From: Podospora anserina | Taxonomy: Eukaryota | Assembly: GCA_017654855.1 (NCBI GenBank) | Contig: CM030332.1 | Coordinates: 4,092,001-4,156,000 of the forward strand | DNA: 64,000 bases | Direction of reading: 5' to 3' | Shown here: positions 25,307-36,000 of the stretch, in pieces | How positions within the stretch are numbered: position 1 is the first letter of the stretch | How the letters are laid out: each line of letters begins with the position of its first letter | The notes under the pieces: generated by a model | The model's input: only the letters and a program-made list of their open reading frames with translations | Told to the model about the DNA's origin: nothing | Databases searched by the model: none | Translations under genes and position numbers: made by a program

Positions 25307-26349
25307 GCTGGAGGGGGAGCACGTGCGAGGGTTGACACGGCCATCTGATTGGAAGACTTGGTAGATGGTGACATTTACGACCGGAACGAACATTGACAAG
25401 CTTCTAGTTCTTCGTTAGGGAGTTTGGGTAGGATGGCTTTGACATACAGATAATCAAAAACGGTTACACAATTATATTGACGGTCCACGATGGTGGGTGG
25501 AGCATGCTGTGAAGGTTTGCCGGGCACATGTGTGAGGCATTGGATGGGCTGTTTCCCTTCCTCAGGGTATCACCGGGCAAAGGGTTACAGTTGCCCCCAG
25601 CCGTTGGGAGATAGACGGGCATCATTACTACCGAATGGTAGCCTCTTTTTGATGGTCGTGCGAGTGAGATGCTCTGAACGCCCTCGTGGACCCTGATGGT
25701 TTCCAGGGGATGGATGATCGACAGGCCCTGTACAGAAAATGGGAGCTATGATCTTGCCAAGTCGATGACACCCCATTTGGTTTCTTGTAGAAAATGCTTG
25801 GCTCTGGGGTGAACTACACAGCCGACTTGACACGAGTGGTGGCCGGCCAATCAACTTGGCGGATTCCACCCCGTGCTGCCCAGAAAGGATCGGGACTCGT
25901 GAAGCTGAGCACGCGACTGTGCTGCTCTCTTTCCTCGCCAGCCAGCCAGCGATAGCAACCTTGCGGGCGTGGGCACGGTGTCGCAGATTCGCAGTTGAGC
26001 TCCCTCCCGATATCTGCCTTGCCTGCTTCCCGCTGCTTGCTCACACTCAGGTTGGCGGTCTGGTTGGTTTTATACAGGGTCCTGTTCGTGTGTTAATCCT
26101 TCCCCCGGATCTTCAATATAACAACCAACTTATTTTTCCCATTCTTGATCTTTCTTTCCATCATGGACGATTCCATATTGTAACCTTGTGATTGCCGTCA
26201 AGGCCTCGTTTTCCTTGCTTCTTTCATCACCAGTGCTGAGCACGTTTCGTCCCGGAGCATCGGTCCCCAACTTGTTACGCCTGTGCCTTACCTTTCATCT
26301 TGTTACGCATACATTCATTCGGGTCGCAATCAAGATCAGGTTATTCAAT

Positions 26350-27685
26350 ATGCCTCGAACGACATTACCCCCGACTCCGGCTTCCTCAACCGACATCAAA
26401 GGGAAGGATGGATCAAAGATGGTGTCGCATCAGATGTCGTTTGAGCTGCCTCCTCCAGCTATAGCTGCCAAACCGACAAACCCGGCAGCATCTTCATCCC
26501 AGACGGTATTTCCAATGCAAGCCAGCGAGACGGTCAAGTCAAGAAGGCGGACGGCTGCTGCTGCTGCTGCTATTCAGCCTGCCCCAGCGAAGGATGAGTT
26601 TGTCCTTCCGCCTCCCCCGACGAGGTCTCGCAAGATCATTCAGATGAAGCCCAAGGAGGAGACGGCAGTGTCGACAACATCGACGACAAGGACGGCTGCT
26701 GCTGCTGGCAGTTCCAAGTCCAACAAAGCAGCCGGCAGTGCTACTACCACGACTACCACCACAACAACCACAGCCGGAACCAAGAGAAAACAACCCTCCG
26801 CCACGAGCGCCGCAGGGAGGAAAATCGCAAGAAAAACCGCCCACAGCCTCATCGAACGTAGAAGAAGATCAAAAATGAATGAGGAGTTTGCCGTTCTCAA
26901 AAGCTTGATCCCAGCTTGCACTGGGGAGATGCACAAGCTGGCTATTCTACAGGTAATATGTCCCCCTTTTTTCCCACCCCTTTCCTTCCTATCACTAATG
27001 ACATACCTGTCCCCAGGCCTCAATCGAATACGTCCGCTACCTCGAAGACTGCGTCAGCCAGCTCAAAGCCCAGCGCAGCAACACAACATCTGAATCAGAA
27101 GCAAACGCGCCCACCCCGACCACTAACACCCTCCCCTCCCCGGTTTTCGCACCGTATATCCCGTCAAGTTCCTCCCCCGAAGACGTGGAAATGTCAGGGC
27201 AATCTCCCTCATCATCTACCTCGGCGGCTCCATCACCGGCGTTTACGCCTACTGTGTCGCACCCTCACTCGAGGTTGCCGTCTATTTCTCCTGCTTTGCT
27301 GCCGCTGGATCAATCCCGGAATCGGCACGGGTCTGTTTCTTCTGTTTCTACGGGCACGGATCATTATAGGTCTGGGTCTTTCTCGTTGGGGGGGGGAGGG
27401 GGTAGTAGTGTCTATGGGACTTCGTCGGCGATGACGAGTCCGGCTTTTGGGCCGCAGCAGGGGGTTGGGTATGGGTATGGGGGTGGAGGGCTGGGTTCGC
27501 AGTTGACTAGTCCGGCGCTGGGGCCGAGGGATTTGGATCAGGAGGCTACGGCTGCGTTGTTGATGTTGAATCAGATGGGGGGGAGGGGTGGGGGTGGGGG
27601 AAGTGGGAATGGGAATGGGAATGGGAATGGGAATGGGGAGCAGAGGGGGCGGGGGATGAGTGTGAGGGATTTGTTGAGTACGTAG
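26350..27685 (+). CDS. bHLH transcription factor, 2 exons
   Basis: RKTAHSLIERRRRSKMNEEFAVLKSLIPAC...HKLAILQ spliced (intron 26953-27016) to ASIEYVRYLEDC; C-terminal DQEATAALLML and GMSVRDLLS. Confidence 0.92.
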
Positions 27686-27724
27686 ACTTGATGGGGGAGT
27701 GGTAAGGTGGGATTGATGGTGGTT

Positions 27725-27837
27725 GAGATGGGTTGGGATTGGTGACCCTTTGGGGAGTGATGACCCTGTGTGAGATTTGGGATGGATGACCCGCTGAGAT
27801 GGACTGGGAATGGTGACCCTTCGGGGCTTGATGACCC
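27725..27837 (+). repeat. Two imperfect 42-nt direct repeats downstream of the bHLH stop
   Basis: 27725-27766 and 27796-27837 match at 36 of 42 positions; TGACCC occurs five times in the span. Confidence 0.8.
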
Positions 27838-29618
27838 AATGGAGATGACTGGATGAAAGGACGGTGTTGGCAACCAAAGTTGGACAGTCAAGATGTTTCA
27901 TCAAGAGTAGAAACAAAAGTGAGCCCGGCGTGTGGCCTGATAATGATGTACTTTCCCTATCTCTGGGACGAAAAAAAAACAGGGGCTGGCTAGGATTAGG
28001 AAGGCGTTTACTGTTTTGTATAATTGGCTGGGTGGCTAACTATTTGTGATGTTTTGCCAGTAGATTTCTCTTTTGTTGTTGGTCGTCTGAAGTCGGTATT
28101 TGTTAGGTAGATGCATGGTCTTTTCTGGCGCGCGAACTCGGTATCTGACTCGCAACTCAATCCAAGCTGCTCGCTCTTTCGGTCACAATCGCACCGAGAT
28201 ATTGTGTACATTGAGGATACGCTATAATGACCCGAGGATAAGATAAATGTCAACGATATACAGTTCGCCGCCTAGAGAAAATCGTTCGAGTTGATGTTTT
28301 GGCTGTTTATCATGTTGCGAAAAAAGGGGGATCTTCACAATGGAGGAAACCGTTGCATCAACATAACTCAGGATGGATGGTTGCAGGTTGGAGGTGTTGG
28401 GGGGACTTGAGGGTCAAAGAGGCAGGATGACTGACGATTCCGATGGGAAATCGTCCCACGCGTCTGAGTTCTAACGTCTGTGGCGATTGGTGAAAGTCTG
28501 GGGTTTCATCCGAGATCGTACGAGTGGTTGTTTTGGGAGTGCCGTGCCCAAGCTTACACAAGCAAGACAAGCATTGTCGCTTGCGGGTAGCCCCTTGTTG
28601 GTGGCACGTGACACCCCTGACTCCAAACAAACATCGACAGAGGAGGAAGACGACCATGAACGTTGACGTAGGAGTTGAAGCAAGGCTGGGGTTTTGTTCA
28701 GGTTGCGAATGAGGCGATTGGGGGATATGGAACTGGCGGATATGGGGGGGGAGGAAGGCAAAGGTCGTCTTGGCAGGGGTCTAGGTCGAGGTACTCTGTC
28801 CAGTGGAAGATGTGACTGACTCTCCTTTGGGAGTGATGGCATGGAGATGATCAGTTTGGAGGTTGCAGGAAGAGGTTGATGGATCTGGTATATAACCGTG
28901 GATCTCCCTCGTTGTTTTGTGTTCATCTCTCCTCTCAGCATCAGCAAGCACCAGCTTCTATCAACAACAACTTTCACTTCATTTTTGTTCTTCGTCGGCT
29001 CTGGAAGTCCGACCAACCCATTTACTACAGGAGCCGCACGGCGTGGATCAAACCCAGCAGCGGTATTCTCACCTTTGTACATTCCCTCGCTTTCCCGTTC
29101 ACCGGCCAGGGGAAAGCGTTCAAGCTTCTCTCCAGCATCATCAACAACATCATCGTCGTCGTCAAGACTCCCTCTCTTCGCCCTCAAGGTACTCACTTAC
29201 CCCGCGCACCCTCCCGCCGCTTCCCGGCTCCAACGATTATCTTCATTATCGACCCGGTCCTAAGAAGCCGGCATTCCCTTCTAGACCGTTACCTGCGCGA
29301 GCCGCCCATCACCACCATCACCATCGGTTAGACGACTTTGAAGAAGAAGACGGCAGATCACCCACCGACACATCCTTTCGTCGGCAGCAGTCAGTCTCAC
29401 CACCCCTAGTTCAACCATCATCATCAGCAAAGCCTTCTCGCACCGTCTTCACCTCGTCGGGAAAAGCCCGTCCCCTCCGCCTCGTCCAGCAATCCCGCAA
29501 ACGCAGGCCGACAGTCTTTTACGCCCAGCACTCGCACAGTTTCTTGCAGTCGCTGACTTGTATCACGATCAACCAAGACACCTCCTTTTTGAGTAGTAGC
29601 TCTTCTTCAAACGACAGA

Positions 29619-30728
29619 ATGGCTTCCAACCCCGTCATGCCCAAGGTTGCTCCTCCCTTTCCTTCTTCCTCTGCTGCCCCTTCCCCATTCCCCAACCCAA
29701 CCAATCTCCCCCCTCTGCCCCCCTCTCGTCCCACGTATGATAGGGGTATGGGAGCTGGGGAGAGATTTGGTGCTGGTGGACAACAACAACAACAACAACA
29801 ACAGCCATTATCATCATCAAACAATAACACACAAGAGAAGCTACTTGCTGACTTACGCCGCCAGGTAAATCTTTTTGTTCTCTCTCTTGCTTTTGTTCGA
29901 CGCCCGACGCGAACGATGTGTTGACGTGAGAAATTATTAGCTCGACGACTCCGCCTCGGACGCCTCGTCGGTCGACTCGCGCGGCCGTCGCCGCCGCAGA
30001 AACAACAAGCAGCTCGCCCAGGCTGGCGGCTTGTCCAACCCTGCTGTGCTGCCCCGTCTGGCTGACACCAAGCCTGTGAGGCTTCAGCTTGGGCTTAACC
30101 TTGACGTGGAGGTTGAGCTGAAGGCTAGGCTGCAGGGTGATGTCTCGTTGACACTGCTGTAAGCTCTCCTTGACTTTTCTTTTCTTATTGTTGCTGACGA
30201 TATTGTGATGGAAAAAGTCAATAAATGACCCTGACCTGACAATTTTTCTCACCAAGGGTTGAGGAGAAACCCACGGCACGGCCAAAGGAGAGTGTGGAGT
30301 TGGTGCCGGATTTGTTTGGGGTTGTTTATGGGTATAGTAGTAGTCATGAAGGGAAGGTGAAGGAGGAGAGGAAGGAGATGTTTTACATGCGGATTGGGCA
30401 GATGAGCTTCAGGCAGAACTGGGTTGAACGAGAGGTTAGCAGCTCGCTTACGCTCACGGTTTGCCTGTTGATTCTGGCTTTGGGGATATTGATAGGGTTT
30501 GTGGTTGGGAAGTGGGTTGATTTGGTGCTTTTTGGAGTTGGGGTTTCGTCAGGGGGTTGTGCAGTGGGCTTTGTTGGGATGGATCTTGTTGGTTCATCAG
30601 AAACAGGCTCGACTGGTGTTGTTGTTGGGTCAACAGCTGGAGAGGGGGTTCCTGTTGTGGTGGGATGGGATTATCACCATGGTAGGAACAGCGGTACTGA
30701 GTATCGCGGCTCTTGGTTGTTGGCTTGA
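29619..30728 (+). CDS. Uncharacterised fungal protein with an LxLxLNLDVEVELKARLxGDVxLxLL motif and C-terminal hydrophobic segments, at least 3 exons
   Basis: Introns ~29865-29940 and ~30158-30256 join the frames. Middle exon encodes KPVRLQLGLNLDVEVELKARLQGDVSLTLL, a motif recurrent in ascomycete hypothetical proteins. The 5' end may extend upstream (frame open from 28917). Confidence 0.65.
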
Positions 30729-31051
30729 CTGCGATCGCCTCCTGCTGAGGATGGATGCCTATGTATAATATACGATGGGCTTGGGTTTGTGTTTGGGATA
30801 GATGAGATGATCAGAGAAAATGGACATTGTGTGTTGTTTTCTGGCTTACATTTCTGTCCCCAGGTTTTCCGTGTAAGTGCGAAGTGAGGCTATCCCTGAC
30901 CTTGATGCCAGTACGTAACAACAACTGGCAGCCGTCCCCAACCAAGACGGAAAAAACTTGTTTCCACCCACAACTTGGGCCGGGACAAGCCTTCCATCAT
31001 AATGCCACAACCCACTCCTGCTTTCATCAATCCAATCGGAACCATCCTCCA

Positions 31052-31146
31052 TCGGGTATGGTGTAGCGGTAACATCGTTGACTCTCACTTCTCAGAAGTG
31101 ATTGCCTCTCTCTCAACAGCCCCGGGTTCGACTCCCGGTATCCGAG
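31052..31146 (+). tRNA. tRNA-Glu(CTC) with 24-nt intron (31088-31111)
   Basis: Acceptor stem TCGGGTA/TATCCGA, A box TGGTGTAGCGG, anticodon stem GTTGA/TCAAC with loop CT-CTC-A, T loop GGTTCGACTCC, downstream T run. Confidence 0.95.
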
Positions 31147-31466
31147 TCACAACATTCTTTTTGCATTTTTGCATCAGATTTCAGTTTTGTTCTTTTCTCC
31201 TGCCATACATAAATAACATTGTGAGTGTGTGTGTCTTTGGTGCAGTGAGAAATGCTCCCGGACTTTGAGACGGTTGATGTGCCTTTCAAACTTGTACCTC
31301 TACAAACCACACACTGTCTTCCTGCTCTGATTGTCTATCGATTACTGACACACCCAAAGCTGTATTGCTGGTATGTTTTGAAGTTGGCGCTTTCTCAAAC
31401 CACCGGAGCATGCCCAGTGCTGGTCTGATCGTCCAAACATAATCCCATCTTCAGATTTCAACAAGC

Positions 31467-31585
31467 ACATACGACCATACCCAGCTGAAAATACGGCATC
31501 CCGTCCGCTCTGCCCGAGTCAAACAGCTGAGGGCCGAATCAGTACTCAGGTGGGTGACCACTGGGGAATCCTCGGTGTTGTATGT
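31467..31585 (+). rRNA. Dispersed 5S rRNA gene
   Basis: 119 nt ACATACGACCATAC...CCCGTCCGCTCT...AGTACT...GGGTGACCAC.GGGGAATCC...TGTTGTATGT with paired ends, followed by oligo-T terminators. Confidence 0.97.
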
Positions 31586-32106
31586 TTTTTCCCTGTTTTT
31601 TTTTTCCCCTCTTGAAAAGCTCCACTGACTCCGTACCCAGTCTTGACGGCTATTAGACCACGGGTAAGGGGGGGCCCTTTTTAGTACATACCCTTACAGA
31701 CGACTGTACTCAGCTCAAGATACAACATTGGGGGCTGGGTGTTGATGTTATCTGGCAAATATTATGTTGATTCCTTGACAGGTAAAGAATGCGGAAAGGG
31801 AGACTGAAGATCAGATGAGGTCTTGTACAGAGAGCACGGCAACAGTAAATGAAGAAGTAGATCATATTCATCTGTGTCTCGGATGAAAGTCAACCTGTGA
31901 GCTAGATACACAAGACCGAGCTGTTGCTCACGTCAAGACTTGCGAACAGTCAAAACTAGGTGCCCTGCCCTGCCCTGCCTACAGGTACGCACAAACAAAC
32001 CATCACCCGCAGGTCAGAGTGAGTGACCTTCTCATCGACTCGATGTTTGGCGCGGGTAACTCGAAGAAGAGGAGGAGTAGTAGGTCGTGGTAGAGGAGGT
32101 GGTTGT

Positions 32107-32138
32107 GACGGCGCCATTTCTGGACGGCGCCATTTCTG
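32107..32138. repeat. Perfect 16-bp tandem duplication GACGGCGCCATTTCTG x2
   Basis: Read directly from the sequence. Confidence 0.85.
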
Positions 32139-33062
32139 GGCGGCTGAAATAGCGACCGCCGAGGGGACACACCCTGGACGGTACAGTATGAATTGCGTGG
32201 GGCGTTGCAGTTGGCGCAGTATATTTCGAGGACGGTATTATAGGGGCCGTCGAGGCAATTTTCCTGTGTATAGTAGGTAGGTGGTTAGTTGGGGGTGAAG
32301 CTCAACTTTAATTCATGGATGGGAAGATCGAGTGGGGGAGATTGGTGGCAGGTTAGGACTAGATGGAATGTCCTCGGGGGTTTTACTCACGCAGTACCAA
32401 ACACTTATCGTCATGATGATGAGCGGGTGTTTGTCTCTGGTTCTGTGAGAAGAGACTTGAAATGGGCTGGAATGTTTTCAAGAGTTACTAGCACCAAAGT
32501 AAACAGATGGATGGATGGACGACGTTACGAAAAAAGAGGGGAAAAGATCAACCTGACTTTCCATAGAAATAAAGTCCCTATTTATGTTGCAAGCAGAGGA
32601 AGCCATGGGATGAATGACTGCCTCCTTCAGGTGTGATCGTCACCAATAGCATCGCGAGGCAAGGCGAGGCTGCCCGGTCGTACAACTTCGTCACTTGCCT
32701 ACCATCCAAGATTATTGCTACCGGTCAAGAGTCCCGCGTCTAATGAGAAAGCAGCTAGACAAATGGAGAATGAGGAAGAAGTTAGGAGGTAGTGACACCA
32801 CCCAAAGAGGTAGGTAGATGACGTGAGCCGAACTTTGATAGAGGATGGAAATACACTTCACTACTTGTCTCGTTGGGTAACACAAGTAAGTTGGGAGGCT
32901 ACAATATCATGATAAGAAACAAACAGAGTCTATGGTTGTCACTGGGAGTCATGGTGTGGTTTTGAGCTGACATACACCATGTCTGTTTCTATGATGAAAA
33001 GCCCGTATCCCTCACGGCAACACTCGCCCCTGACTTCCTACTCACCCCCCAAAAGACCCCCC

Positions 33063-36000
33063 TCAAACCTCACCCACAACCTGCCTATGGTCCCTAACCA
33101 CGCTCTCCACGAACCTCACAAACCCCTCCCCAAACCGATCCATATCCTCATCCCGATAAAGCACAGTGCAATGCTGCATAAAAAACCCAAACTCCCCCTC
33201 CCCCCCCTCCACAACCTCAAGCACCAGCTCGCAAGGATGTCCAATATTATACAACCGATGAACCCCCACCTCAAAATCAGCATGCCTATACTCCCACGGC
33301 GCACCACCATGCATCTGGAAGTTAATCGCCACCTGCCCCAGCGGCATATGCCCCTCTGGTCTGTTTTCCTTTCCAACCACACGATCGACAATATCATCAA
33401 ACGACACCTCCGCATGCTCCAACGCCTCAAGCGTGAGGTCCCGAGCGGAGGTTATGACATCTTCAAAGGGTGTCTGAAGGGAGCAGTCGTTGTTGAAGCG
33501 GAGAGGGAGGACGTTAGCTAGGCAACCGATCACAGACTCGACGTCGGGGTGGGGACGGTTGCCTTCTAGCATTAGGATTGTGAAATCTTTGTCGGCGGTG
33601 TGCCGGAACAGGTAGGCTCGCCACGCAGCGAGGAGGAAGTGAAAGGGGGTGGAGGAGAGGTGGGCGCAGATGCGCTTTAGGCGTTTGGAGAATTTGGAGG
33701 GGAGTTGGGTGGTGAAGTGACGGCGGTGGGTTTGCCAGGTTGAGGGGCGAGTTTTTCGCTGGGCGAAGGGGAGGAGGGTGCCGGCGGTTGGGAGGTTGGT
33801 GAGCTCTTGGGTCCAAAAGTCTAGGTTTGCGAGGGCTGGTGGGAACTTGAGGAGGGTGTTGTGCCACTGGGCGAAGTCCGCAAAGGTGATGGGTGGGGAG
33901 GGGACCGTGTCGAGGTCTCGACTGGAGCGGATCGCGTCGTAGAGGTCCATCCAGTCATCTGAGAGGATTGTGAAGCTGGCTCTGTCGAAGCAGATGTGGT
34001 GGGCGATGAAGATGACAAAGTACTCGGTTTCTGATGTTCTAACGAGGGTCATAGTTGCTACTTCGCCTTTGGCTATCTCGAGTTGTTGGTTTCGAAGACG
34101 TGAGATGATGATCTGGAGCTCTGTTTGAGGGGATGTGGTATATGATACGTCCTCAATGATCAGATGGCATTTCGGCTCTGGCGATGGTGACTGAACGAGC
34201 CGGTTGCCGTCTTGGACGAATGCTGTGCTCAGTGCTTGGTGCCGTCGTACAGTCTCGTGGAAGGCTTTTCCTAGTGCAGGTAGATCTGGGTGGCCACTGA
34301 TGCGCAGGACACCACATAGGTTCATCTGAGACTTGTCTTCGGCGCGGACATGGCGAGCATACATTCTCGCTTGGTGAGTTGACACTGGCACCGGACCAGA
34401 CGTTTGGAGTCTCGGGATGTGATCCAGCTTCCTTCTCTGATCATGTTGGCCATTGATAACACTCGCTGATGTCTGCTTCTCACCCGAACATGTCTTCACA
34501 CGCTCCTCGCTCGAAGATACTGCTGCAACAGGCATCGACGCCACGACCTTTTCGACCAGCCCCTGAATGGACTTTGCACCAAGTATATCAAACAGCGAAA
34601 GGTCAACTACGGCAGTTTCCTTGAACCATTTCCGGAACTCGACAGCCACGATCGAGTCGAGGCCATAGAATGATAACGGGTTGGTTGGCAGAATGCTCTC
34701 TGTTGGTGTGCTCAAGCCTGTTGCCACTTTCTGGGTGAACGCTTGCTGTAAGACGGCAGTCTTGTCCTCAACGCTCCCTGCGGATGCGAGGAGGCTTGCC
34801 GTGCTCACTTGACCAGCTGCAGCACCGCTGCCGGCCCCGGTGCCATACGATCTGTTGGCATATAGTGTGCGGAAGACGGACCGCTCCGACCACCAAACAT
34901 CAGGCTCCTTTGTGTTGACGCCGACAATCAGCTGATGCCAGTCGAGGCCATCTGTGGCGGCATCAGGCTTCTTCAGCTGTACTGCTTCCTCATTCAAAAA
35001 CATGAGTTCTTGCTCCGTGAGGATATCGAGCTTGTTTCTGTCGAGGCTCTTCCTGACAAGCTCATTCTCAGCAACCAAGCCCCTCGTGGGCACAGCACCA
35101 AGATTCATAGCCGTTCCGACAAGGCCCTGCTCCCGTCGCCAGCGCATGAAGGCATCCATGTACGCATTGGCGGCAACATAGGCTCCTTGTCCCTTGTTAC
35201 CGCAGATGGCCGACACCGACGACCAGCAGACGAAAAAGTCCAAGTCGATGCCCAACGTTGCTGTGTGCAAATTCCACGCACCGGTGCACTTGGTGTGCAG
35301 CCCGGTCTGGTACTGATCAAACGACAACGACCTGATCATGCCGTCCTGTAGCACAACCGCAATATTGAAAACGCCAGCCAGCGAAGGACCAATCTCCCGA
35401 ACGACGTTCTCAACATCAGCCAAAACACCCACATCCCCCTTGTAAACACTGACCTCAGCCTTCCTCGACCTGAGCCAATTCACCGTCTTCCTCCCATTAC
35501 TACTCTGATCCCCCGACCGGGACATGAACGCAAACCTCCTCGCCCCACGAAGATACATCCACTCCGCCGTCGCCGTCCCCAGCTCCCCCAACCCCCCAAC
35601 CAAAATATACGTCCTATCCCCCTTGAATAACAGCTCTGATCATAACTCGGCGGGGCAACCATCACCTCCTCCTCCTCATCAACAGTAAGAACAACCTTCC
35701 CCGTATGCCTCCCCAGCTGCATCAACCGAAATGCCTTCTCCGCCTGACCATAAGAATACTCAAACAACCCCTCAGGCGGCCTCACCTCCCCAGAAAACAC
35801 CATCTCAAACGTCTCCCCCAACAACCTCGCCGCCAGGGGTTTATCCAACTCATAAACCAAAATCATATCCACCGAAGCAAAACTGACATTCCTCCTGAAC
35901 GGATCCATCCCCAAGTTCGAATTCTGATGTATGTCCCTCTTCCCAATCTCGACAAACCTCCCAAACGGCGCCAAACACCCCCACGTGGCATGAAGCAGTT

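Noticed and set aside
24248-25399. 383-aa antisense ORF over PUT2
   Set aside because: Pro/Leu/Arg-rich by-product of the G-rich sense strand.
31086-31100. TCA triplets near the tRNA anticodon suggesting a Sec or suppressor tRNA
   Set aside because: The GTTGA/TCAAC stem places CTC as anticodon; the TCA triplets are off-register or in the intron, and there is no long variable arm.
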